A stretch of DNA of 64,000 bases from Octopus sinensis (Eukaryota): NCBI RefSeq assembly GCF_006345805.1, contig NC_042997.1, positions 167,152,001 through 167,216,000 of the forward strand. The letters are read 5' to 3'. Below are positions 53,266 to 64,000 of this stretch, piece after piece. Both the position numbers and the translations under genes were made by a program. Within the stretch, counting starts at the first letter, position 1. Each line of letters starts with the position of its first letter. Below the pieces are notes generated by a model. The model was given only the letters and a program-made list of their open reading frames with translations, was not told the origin of the DNA and made no database searches.

Positions 53266-53346
<81 letters not shown>

Positions 53347-53907
53347 ACATTTTAAATATAGCAAAAAAAATCTGCTGTGATAGATTCGACTAATACATCA
53401 TACTAATAGAGAGACATCATAGAACTTCACTAGTGTGGTCTGTAAGTTACAAGCATGTTTCATGCAAGAGATGCCTGCAGCTCGACTAACTACTTAGAAG
53501 CTCTCCTGCTGGTTTGAAAATAATTATATATGTGTGTTTGTGTGTGTGTGTGTGTGTGTGTATAGATATAGATATATATTATACATACATATATGTATAA
53601 GTAAAATATGTAGTGAGAAAAATGTCAACTGTGACGTCCATTCGTCTCCCAGTGGCATAATAGAGCTAATTTAATTGAGATCGGGTTAAAAAGCGAATCG
53701 AGGCCACCTTCTTGTCAGAAACTTACACGCTCATTTCAATCATGCAAAACAAGATAGAGAAAAAAAAACGAGTGATGTTTCTTCTTTTGCTTGTTTGTTC
53801 TTACCCAGAAGCATTGGTAACAAAGCAGAAGGAATGCATTTCTTTTTCCATATTTTCGGTCCTTGAAGTGCAACCATACTGGTGAGTTGCTTAGAGGGTT
53901 TTAGCCA

Positions 53908-54069
53908 AGCTTATCGACACTACTCGTTTCAGTCAGTCTGGTTCATTATATATCGATAGTCCTCTCTTCATCAATAAGCTCTCTCTCTCTCTCTGTCCAC
54001 CCATCCATCCATATATGGATGGATGGACAGAGAGAGAGAGAGAGAGCTTATTGATGAAGAGAGGGCTAT
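53908..54069. repeat. Fold-back (53957-54069) overlapping a degenerate minus-strand hammerhead-like motif (53908-53980)
   Basis: Palindrome centred on atatat at 54011-16. Minus strand reads agcttat-TGATGA...GAAAC-gagtagt-GTC-gataagct. Confidence 0.65.
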
Positions 54070-54112
54070 GTATTTTTTTACATTTACATATATATATATA
54101 TATAATATATAT

Positions 54113-54144
<32 letters not shown>

Positions 54145-54197
54145 ATATATATATATATATATAATACATATATAGTAGGTATGTATGTATTATATAG

Positions 54198-54452
54198 GTG
54201 GAGGGGTGTGGCTTAGTGGTTAGGGGTGTCAGCATCATGATCGTAAGATTGTGGTTTCGATTCCTGGACCGAGCGATCCGTTGTGTTCTTGAGCAAAACA
54301 CTTCATTTCACGTTGCTCCAGTCCGCTCAGTTGGCAAAAATGAGTAACGCTGCGATGGACTGGCGTCCCGTCCAGCTGGGGAACACATACGCCACAGAAA
54401 CCGGGAAATCGGGCCCATGAGCCTGGCTAGGCTTTAGAAAGGGCGCATTTAT
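54198..54452 (+). mobile_element. tRNA-derived SINE related to family C
   Basis: A box TGGCTTAGTGG, B box GTTTCGATTCC, core ctgcgatggactggcgtcccgtccag, tail gaaaccgggaaatcgggcccatgag. Confidence 0.85.
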
Positions 54453-54913
54453 TTACTTAGTTTATATGTATAATATAATATATATATAAAGCGGTATTTC
54501 TATTTTCGTCAACTAAGTTTCACACTCAAGAAATTGGTAAACTCGGAACTACATTGCATAACCCTTGCCCAAAGAAGCAACTGTTTAGGATTGAACTGGG
54601 AACTAGAAAGTCTAACTTCTTAGTTGCATTTCTAGTTCAGCAGAAACTCGAAACCGGGAAGCATATATAATATATGTTTACTAAGCCTAAAAAGCACCCG
54701 CTTCGGTACATTAGAACCACCAACCGTAGTCATTCTAAGATATGATATATTTTAATTCAAAAGACAGTTCCTGCTTATCCCTAGGGTCGTTGTACAAAAA
54801 AATAAAACTATTTTCGCTATGCCTAATATGCAACGTTAATCACTTTAACGAATTTTTTTCCTTGCTGTTTACTTTTACACACAGACACAAGACATATCTG
54901 TATAAACAAACAT

Positions 54914-54944
<31 letters not shown>

Positions 54945-56072
54945 GACACGTACACACATAGACATGTGTGCGCGCCCACACACACACTCTCTCACACATA
55001 CACATTGTACAGGCATGGCTAAGTGGTTAAAAAAGTTTGTTTCGTAACTATGAGGTCTCGGTTTTGACGTCACAGTGCATTTACTGTGGTCTTGGGTTGA
55101 CCCTGGGTCTGCGACTGAATTTGAGTAGGCATAAAATGTAGGCACGTGTGATAAAGTGAAAACGCCAATGATATACAGTGGATGTGTATGTATATGTGTG
55201 ACTGTGTGTGGAGTGTAGCACCTGACTTTCGGATTGAAATATACACCAATCAGCGAAATGGAGATCATTGCATAATACCAAGAGTCTCATCCTCTCTACC
55301 TAGAGTAAGAACCCAATACTGGAATAGCATGGATTTGAAAGGCCCGCAAATTTTCAGTTTTTTTTTCTCCCACAAAAGAACTCATAAATCTCAAGGATTA
55401 GATGTAGATGTTTTCAAAGAAAACTGAGACAAATTTGAACCAGAGATAAATAAACCCATATCATGGAACGGAACGTGAATAAGGCAGTTGTGTCCAACTC
55501 ACTGATTCATCAGAACCAAATTCGGAGAGAGTACCGTAGACGTGACTGGAAAGAAACTAGCAATCACACAAGTAGCAGTACTTCAGTATGGCCAAGGCCC
55601 TGGCTAAAACAAGTAAACACACACACATATATATATACATATTTAAAAGCTCTTGTAAAAATTAATTGATACAGTTATAATAATAAGAAATATCATATTT
55701 TTTTAAGGTTTATTAACTATTAAAAAATAATTTCTTTTATATAACAGTGTCGCTAACCTTCGAGGAAGGAGTTTGTATATGAGGTGTATTACATGTTTGT
55801 ATATAGCGTGTGTATTGTGTGTAAGCGGTTTCGTTTTTCAACTTTTCAAAGACATGCGTTCCGGGCAAATGCATAGAGAGGAAGTCGTTTTTTTTTTTTT
55901 TCGTTTTTGTAATGGTGTTAACTGTTTCCGGTTTAGTTTCGGATTTAGTTATTTTCATAAAGTATTCCTCTTTTGTCTTTCGTAATTGATCATTTACATC
56001 TTATATTTTTTAAGCTGTTTGTTATATTTCAAATGTTGACTATTTCCAGTTTAGTTTACACACACACACAGG

Positions 56073-56183
<111 letters not shown>

Positions 56184-56337
56184 ACACACACACATACACC
56201 ACACACACACACACAAGCACACACACATATATATAAACACAGGTAGGGTTCTGAATATAAGCGTTCTATGCTCCTGTCATTTAATAAATTTAGCCCTCTA
56301 TTTCCAACGATTTCATTACGCATGTAATTTTTCGGCT

Positions 56338-56374
<37 letters not shown>

Positions 56375-56439
56375 TTGTGTGTGTGTATGTATGTGTGTAT
56401 GTGTGTGTATGTGTGTGTGTGTGTGTGTGTATGTGTGTT

Positions 56440-56481
<42 letters not shown>

Positions 56482-56535
56482 GTGTTGCGTATTTGTGTAT
56501 GTGTGTGTGTGTGTGTGTATGTGTGTGTGTGTGAA

Positions 56536-57053
56536 ATAACGAAGGCGATTAGACCACCCAATATAAAACCAAAAACGAAAATCTCAGTTGTCAGTGACTG
56601 AGGGCGCGGGGTAGCACCAGTATTCCTAGAAAGAAAAGTCAAAGAACATTATAACCGCAAAAGCAGAGGTTTATGCACTTACAGGGGAGATAACTGCCCC
56701 ACAGTAACCGAGTTCACTATATACTACCTAGCTAGTTTCACTTAGTTCATTAGCAGTAACTGCTCGGACGCTGATGGTTAAGCTAAATCCCAGCTGTCAT
56801 TATATAGCATTTACCACATGAATCAATGGCTGATTCAGCCAAATGGTAATGTGAAAGTTAAGATAACGAAGGCGGCTAGGCGGAGTAGTCACTACCGAGA
56901 GCAAAACGAAATTAGCTAGCTAGTAGAGTGACATCGCTGGCTGTGGGGCGGTGCATAGACGTATGCTTTTTTGCGACTACAAGAGTCTTTGACTCTTGTT
57001 TCTAGCAATGTAGGTGCTACCCAGCACCCTTAGTTACTATTAGTGACAATTGA
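56536..57053. repeat. Diverged fold-back element with an additional short direct repeat
   Basis: 56584-56739 is a diverged reverse complement of 56908-57053. ataacgaaggcg...caaaa(a)cgaaa precedes both arms (56536 and 56863). Confidence 0.75.
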
Positions 57054-57123
57054 TTGCCTATCTATCTATCTATCTATCTAGCTACCTGTCTTTCTATCTC
57101 TCTCTGTCTCCCTTTCTCTCTAT

Positions 57124-57161
<38 letters not shown>

Positions 57162-57208
57162 TTAATACATATGTATGTATATATATAATATACATGTACA
57201 TATAATGC

Positions 57209-57240
<32 letters not shown>

Positions 57241-57504
57241 GCATATATATATTGTGATTAATTTAACCTAACCTTCAAAGCTTCTGTTGTTTTGTAAACA
57301 TGGTTGCTGCTTTTTATTTTTTATTTCGATGAAAATTGAGTCTATTTAACTCCGGATACATTTCATATATTTCTTTACTGATTTTTTCAACATTCACCCA
57401 AAATCTTGCTCCATTTGTGGATGACCCATTATGCCCCACCAGATATTGAAATTTGTATGTATGTATTTATGCGTATATATAATATATAATATAATATATA
57501 TATA

Positions 57505-57537
<33 letters not shown>

Positions 57538-57571
57538 CATTTATATATATATATAATATATATATATATAT

Positions 57572-57630
<59 letters not shown>

Positions 57631-58191
57631 ATATATATATATGCATACACGCCCAAATACACACATACATGCGCACGCACAAAACTACACGCACGCACAC
57701 ACACACGTACACCTACTTTTGTCGGTCTCTCTATATATATAGAACTAACTATACATATATGCATGTGTTCTGTATATTTGTCTTTTTCTTTAACTGAACA
57801 TCAACCCAACTCTTCATACCCCTCAACCTTAACAACTCAAGACAGAATAGACGAAATCTCATCTCTCCCCTCCATTCTTCTGACTATTATTTTCTTAACC
57901 TTTTCTCAGAAGGAGAGTCTCCAATTTCGAGTTTCACTATTTCCGCTCCTCACATTTATATTGTCATCCCATAAATAATGCGTTTTTTTCAATTGCATGA
58001 ATTAAAAGTCGGAGTGGAACGGGATAAACTATCTGCATCAACTTGCTATAAAAGCATGTAGAAATTTTACCTTGTACTTATTCTTAGCGCAAGTTTATTT
58101 GAAGTTGCTGTTATTTGAATTATTGTTGTTTTGTGCTGCTTTAGCAGCAGTTTCAAGTTGTGCTTTCTCTTGATAAAATCGAGAGATAGCT

Positions 58192-59075
58192 ATGGCTAAA
58201 AGTTATTTTTATTTGGACCTTAGTGGTTCCGAATAGTCCTCTTCGGAGGAGGAAATGGTTATCGCAATCGAAAAGATGGATGAATTACTGAAGAAGAAGA
58301 GCTTCGCTGAAGCGGCAGAAATAAAGAAGAAAGATGTGAACCTGGCAAATATCAAAAGAGACGAAAAAATGGCATGCAAAGTGGGTGGTGACGTTGGGCT
58401 GTCACTACACCAGAAGAAAATAAATTAATAGAAAAACCGTGATATGCAAAGTCTACTCAGTACAGAAAAGAAAAATCGAACGCATGGAAGAAGGAATTTT
58501 AGAAAAGGCATTATGTTCAGTCTGGCCAGACATTACGAACCAGACCAGAGGGAATAAGTACAGAAGTATCATAGTCCACTACAGAACAGAAGAAAAAGTA
58601 AGAGGAAACGCGGTAAAAACAATAAAGACGGATAAGGTGGTTCTTCTACCAACTTATATGGGAAGAAGGACATCAAAGATAAAGGTGGAGGGAATTCCAC
58701 CGGAAATTGATGTGGCTTGGATCGTGGTAGCTGTTCTCGTGGGAGGTGGAGAAGAAGTAGCCGTCCTCCAAGCCACAAAAATGGACGGATCGGTTTGGAG
58801 AGGCAAAGTCTTGGAACTAATCGTACAGGCAGAAGATGAGACACTAGAAAATTTTGCAGAGACGGTATGGATAGGAGGCCTGGGGTGGAAAGTGTGGGTA
58901 GAGGGCAGGACTCCACGCTGTTTTAAATGTGGCCAAAAAGGCCAGATTAGTGTACACTGCCCTCAGCAGAAGCAGACAGAAGAAAGGATACTGGAAAAGA
59001 AGCAAGAAGTGGAAAAAGAGAAAAAAGGAAGAAAGAGAAGACGAATGGAAGATTGCTAAGGGGAAAAAGGAAGAA
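58192..59075 (+). pseudogene. L1/Tx1-type LINE ORF1 (gag-like) with zinc knuckle, decayed
   Basis: KKSFAEAA, LLPTYMGRRTSKIKVEGIPPEID and VWVEGRTPRCFKCGQKGQISVHCP (CX2CX4[H>Q]X4C). Stops and a frameshift upstream of 58439. Truncated near a SINE. Confidence 0.75.
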
Positions 59076-59098
59076 AAAAGTCTCTATGATCCTTTAAT

Positions 59099-59314
59099 AA
59101 TCCCTTCTACTATAGGCACAAGGCCTGAAATTTTATGGGAAGGGGTAAGTCGATCACGTCGACCTCAGTACTCAACTGGTACTTATTTTATCGATCTCGA
59201 AAGCGTGAAAAGCTAAACTGACTTCTGCGTAATTTGAACTCAGAACGTAAAGATGAATGACATACTGCTAAGCATTTTGCCCGGCGTGCTAACGATTTTG
59301 CCAGCTCGTCGTCC
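59099..59314 (-). mobile_element. SINE family A
   Basis: Reverse-complement head ggacgacgagctggcaaaatcgttagcacgccggg and tail tttcaggccttgtgcctatagtagaaggga. Confidence 0.85.
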
Positions 59315-61803
59315 TAACTATGATCCCGTAATAATAAAAGGGAAAATGGTGCCCCAGTATGACCACATTACAACGATTGAAGCCCGTAAACGAGTAAAAG
59401 AGCCACAATTAGCAATAATAGAACATGCAGCAATAAAAATATCAGCAGAAAACATGACACACCAATAGCAACAAAATGATGGATTACATCAGTTAGAATA
59501 TGCGAGAGCCTGTATGTGGTCACATCAAGAGAGAAATAGCAGTCAAATCTCCCTAAAATTACATTCACCCTTGTTATCTTAAAAATGGAAACGAAGATAG
59601 CCACTATCATTCTGGAAACATATTAAACGCGGGATTGCCACGGTAGAATGTCTTTGAGTGTAGAAATGATGACGACGACTACGACGACGATAAAGTCAGC
59701 AGCAGCCACAACAAAATGAGTAAAAATATCAACAACAACAGCAACTGCGTAAAAGAAATAAAGCCACGGGAAATAGCACAACAACAATGGCTACAACGAC
59801 GACGATCACAAGAACAACCAGTGTTACTTGAGTAGCAATAACAGAACAAACCAGACAGAAATACCAAGTACAAAATTGATGACAACTATGACAACAATAT
59901 CTGCAGTAACAACAATAATAATATTTTCAATATACCTCAGCGCCCTACCTTCAGGGTACTTCGCACCTTACCCCCAGCTACTTACGGTGGTTTGTTCAAA
60001 TGTCAGCACGCGCGCGCGCACACACAAAAACACAGGGACACACACACACACTATGCGGAGGTTATCGGGTAACATTTTCCAAGAAATCCATTCATGTTAT
60101 ACAATGACATTGAAACTAAAATGCTGGTTCACCCAACCTCCGCATCGTGTTTTTACGGGATCAAGTTCAACATGAAAGCCAGTGCATTTCTTTTGAAGAT
60201 CGTGTTCTTCTACCTTATAGACAAACTACAACAGATGGTTCCCGTTAACAGCTCAAATTTCAAATGCTTTCACTTGAAAAATACCTTATCTGATGTACTT
60301 TTCACAAACTTCTTCCATCACTATCTTTCTCTTGCCGTCTCACTTTCTTTTATCCCATACAAGTATATTATATCAATTATAGCTTGTTTGTTGTTTGTCG
60401 ACGAATGAAAACAGTACTCAATACATGATGTAAAGTAGGGTGGTAAATCTCCGTCGTCCAACGATGAAAAGACCCTGGTTCAATCATCTGAATAACCGGC
60501 TCTTAAATTAACGAATATGTGGCTGAGCATTCAATTAACACGTTTAACTTTATGTAGTTCCCTTAATGTATCACAATATGTGATAAAGCTGTATTTTTGA
60601 ATTACGAGTTCAATCCACCTTACAGGCTTATATACAATTTTCGTCTACCTAATTTCACCTTCAAGACATGATTCTACCCGAGACTATAGAAACTTTTTTT
60701 TAATGTGTACTAAATAATCAACTTACCATTGTAAGTGTTCGGAAGGGCTCAATCTAAACAATATATTAACTAGTCGAAAGAGAGCGTTCTACTTTCAAAT
60801 AAAAAAAAATTGAAACGAAATCGAAGATATTATCTGTGATCTGCGGCACTTGATTCTCCATACAAGATTATTGGATCAGTAAGAATATTGGTGAGCTTCA
60901 TCTTAATGCCTTGCATCAATTATGATTTCCAGTTTTGCTGGGCACAGCTTTAGCTTTAATCCCCTGATAGTCGATATAATAAAATAAAATAAAGCAGTTT
61001 ACTTAAGTTGCTTTAATGAACTGTCACACACTTCTTTTGATGGTGGTCTCGACTGATGACCTGATGCCAAACTTATAATCATTATGAAAGTGTCTTATAC
61101 ACGCAAGACAGGGGAGAGAAAATATAAGTGTTTCAGTTTGTTTCAATGGCTGTCAGTTAAAATATAGGATATCCGGCATTAATTTAAAGAACGTAATATT
61201 ATGAAACTGTCAGTTTAATCTCATTCCCATTCTCTATATTTTGCTCATATCAACGAGGGAAGCGGAAAAATAAAACCAGTTCTAATAACAAGTTAAATTA
61301 TATCGTCGAAAATGTAGCTCTCACAAGATATTTTCCCGCCCAGAAATTTACATTCATCTCCTATCTTTTTTCAATTTTCTTTTCACAACCTTCTCATTCA
61401 CGAACCTTTTGATGTTGTGCGATGCCAAAAACAGCTTGCTTTCCCCAAAACCTCATTAATAATTTTACACCAGTTGAACATATCTTTTACGTTACACTCA
61501 TAATATATTTTTTATTTCCATATTTTTCGACGTATTCCTTGTCAACAGCTATAACTCCAGTAGCGATATGTTTGTTGGAGTATATATCCCTTTGTGTGTG
61601 TGTGTGTGTGTGTGTGTTGTGTGTGTGTGTGTGTGTATGAGTCTGTTAGTGTATGTTTTTCTGTATATGTGTGTGTTTCTGAGTGTGCGTGTATGTGGTG
61701 TCCTTGTACAGAATATTGTAAGCTATAGGATATTCTTAACCGTTTATCATTATATCTAGCCATGACATCTAAAATCTCTAAGATTCTACATTAATCTCTC
61801 AGA

Positions 61804-61898
<95 letters not shown>

Positions 61899-63286
61899 GT
61901 ATATCAATCTATATTTCTCTCTCTCTTTCTCCCTTTCTATTTCTCCCTGTCTCTGTCTCATTTACTCAATTTCTTCCATCTACCCTTCTTTCACATTCAT
62001 TTTCTCCATTTTCCCCCTCGTCTTCTCACTCAGTCTCTCTCTCTTTCACTCTCTCTCTCATTCTCTAACTCAATAACCCACCCCATTCCCTCTCTCTTCC
62101 ATATATTTTAACTCAGTCCTATATTTATGAAATCGGCTGTGCATATGCGTGAAACAGGAGATTGAGGGTAGCTGGCATAAACGAAGATCGCCGTGCTGTA
62201 GGTAGCATTAGAGGGTGTATGTGGCGTATAACAGGAGAAAGGGGGAGGCATGGAGGGAGAAAGAGAGAAAGTGAAAGTACTAAAGAGTAGAAAATTAGAC
62301 ACAAATTGATAGCAAGGATTGCTATTAATTTTTTAAACTGGTATAAAACGCCAGATTTTCAAGGAATCTGGTGTGTTTGTTTAAATTGTACAATACTTCA
62401 GTTTAGTAAGCAATGAAAATTAAAGGTAAATCTGAAATAGACAGCATTTGAATTTAGAACAAATAGAGGTAACACTAAATATTTTGGAAATGATTTCGTT
62501 GAGTGTCCAGACGATTCTGCCACACCATCATCTTAACTTGTTTGGAATACATAAATAATTTAGATATTTTCATGTAAGAAGCAGAGTTGTTGGAGTTCAG
62601 TAGAAAATGCTCTGTATTATTTGTTCCGAAACTCTGCACATTGATATGATAAAGGATAAATGATAAAAAGAGACAACAGACAATGTCTATTGATACATTG
62701 TTTTGTATTACGTGAACGCAGATTTTTTTCCCTATTGAACAGTAAGGTGTTGGAAAAGACAAGAGATTTATATTTCGATGCACAAATGTACATTAAAAAA
62801 AGTTACTCTAAGGGAGTTTGTACAATATTGGTCGCTAAGTTTTTTTCATCAATTAACTAGTGCACTCATAAAAGATATTAGAGTCTTGTAATACTGACAA
62901 TAAGAAATACACTAAGGAGTTTATTAGTTTTAATTTATCTACACAGGTGTATCAACGTGTGTATGTGTATGTGCACTTTGCGTGTGTGTATAAAATGCCC
63001 GGTACAATGTTCCACGTATATAAGGATCATTGTATATATGTACATTGCATCTTAACACTTGAGCCCCATTATGAACCTTTCTAAGTATTTTTATATATAT
63101 TGGAGTCTGACGAGTTGTCTGTAAGGCTAAACGCCTTATAGAGGCGAAACCATTAGTCACTTGTGACCGGCCATACAACTAACTTCCTGTAAATACATTA
63201 CTGTTCAAACGTTTAAAATGTGCTTCTTTTTCGGATATATGATTTACTGAAGATATATGTGTGTATGTGTGTTTGACTGCCTGTGC

Positions 63287-63320
<34 letters not shown>

Positions 63321-63585
63321 ATTATATATAATATAATAATAATAATATAATAATAATAATAATAATAATATAATAATAATAATAATAATAGGGAATATAA
63401 CTCCAAAACTTACAGGGAAAAATTCAATTTAACAGTTTTAAATCAAATTTCACAATTTTAGAGAAAAACCACTATTAAACAATTCAATAAAGAAAGATGT
63501 TATTCACACCATATAGAAAACATATACTATAAAAAAACCTTATTTCAAATCAATAATGTACAATAAATAGTAAATAGTAGTAAAA

Positions 63586-63705
63586 AGACTACGCACATTT
63601 CATGGCTATATTTTCAAATAGATAATAATAATAAAATCAATTCGATTCACAATTAAATCGCACTAAAATTAATTCTATTTAAAAATATAGTCACTCATCA
63701 GGTCT
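63586..63705 (-). ncRNA. Hammerhead motif with very long AU-rich stem II
   Basis: Minus strand: agac-CTGATGA-gtgactatatttt-taaataga...tctatttg-aaaatatagccat-GAAATGTGCGTA-gtct. Confidence 0.75.
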
Positions 63706-64000
63706 AAGATAATAAATAATAAAAAATAAACAATGATAATAATAGAATAAATGTTCTTATCTTAACTTATACTAATTATCAAATAAATATATTTAAAAAA
63801 TACGTGTATTAACTATAAATAATCAAAAAGCATTTAACTATATTTCTTAAAATAAAAATATAACTTATCTTGTCGAATGATTTTAGTTAACTAACAATTT
63901 AAACGTAAAACGTCGAACTTAGCGTTTATAAGAAATAAGAAATATATCGCGCGAAAATATGGCGTAAATAGAATTTATCGAAGAAGTAGATAGAAATATG

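Noticed and set aside
60053-60145. 11-bp inverted repeat atgcggaggtt / aacctccgcat
   Set aside because: Too short, with no TSD or second copy to support a MITE call.

Overview
AT-rich, microsatellite-saturated eukaryotic DNA with no intact host gene that I can support. The SINE families and the density of (TA)n/(CA)n/(GATA)n/(CATA)n repeats look like an octopus or other cephalopod genome (inference from resemblance, not a search). Almost all ORFs in the track are translations of microsatellites. Identifiable content is a graveyard of mobile elements: two decayed Penelope-like (PLE) RT/GIY-YIG copies, a Tx1/L1-type 3' end inside a (GATA)n tract, a Tx1/L1-type ORF1, a full-length decayed Tc1 with TIRs and TA duplications, mariner remnants, a hAT-type MITE, non-autonomous Helitrons and about 20 tRNA-derived SINEs. 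The most striking signal is about a dozen hammerhead-ribozyme (HHR) motifs from several unrelated sequence families. Most sit in fold-back (inverted) or tandem units next to microsatellites. They include a 349-nt tandem unit joining a tRNA-type Pol III promoter to an HHR, a 364-nt retrozyme-like unit, and HHRs with very long stem II. There are also decayed ORFs of unknown (possibly viral) origin, one present as two divergent paralogous copies inside an old local duplication. All folds and alignments were done by eye.
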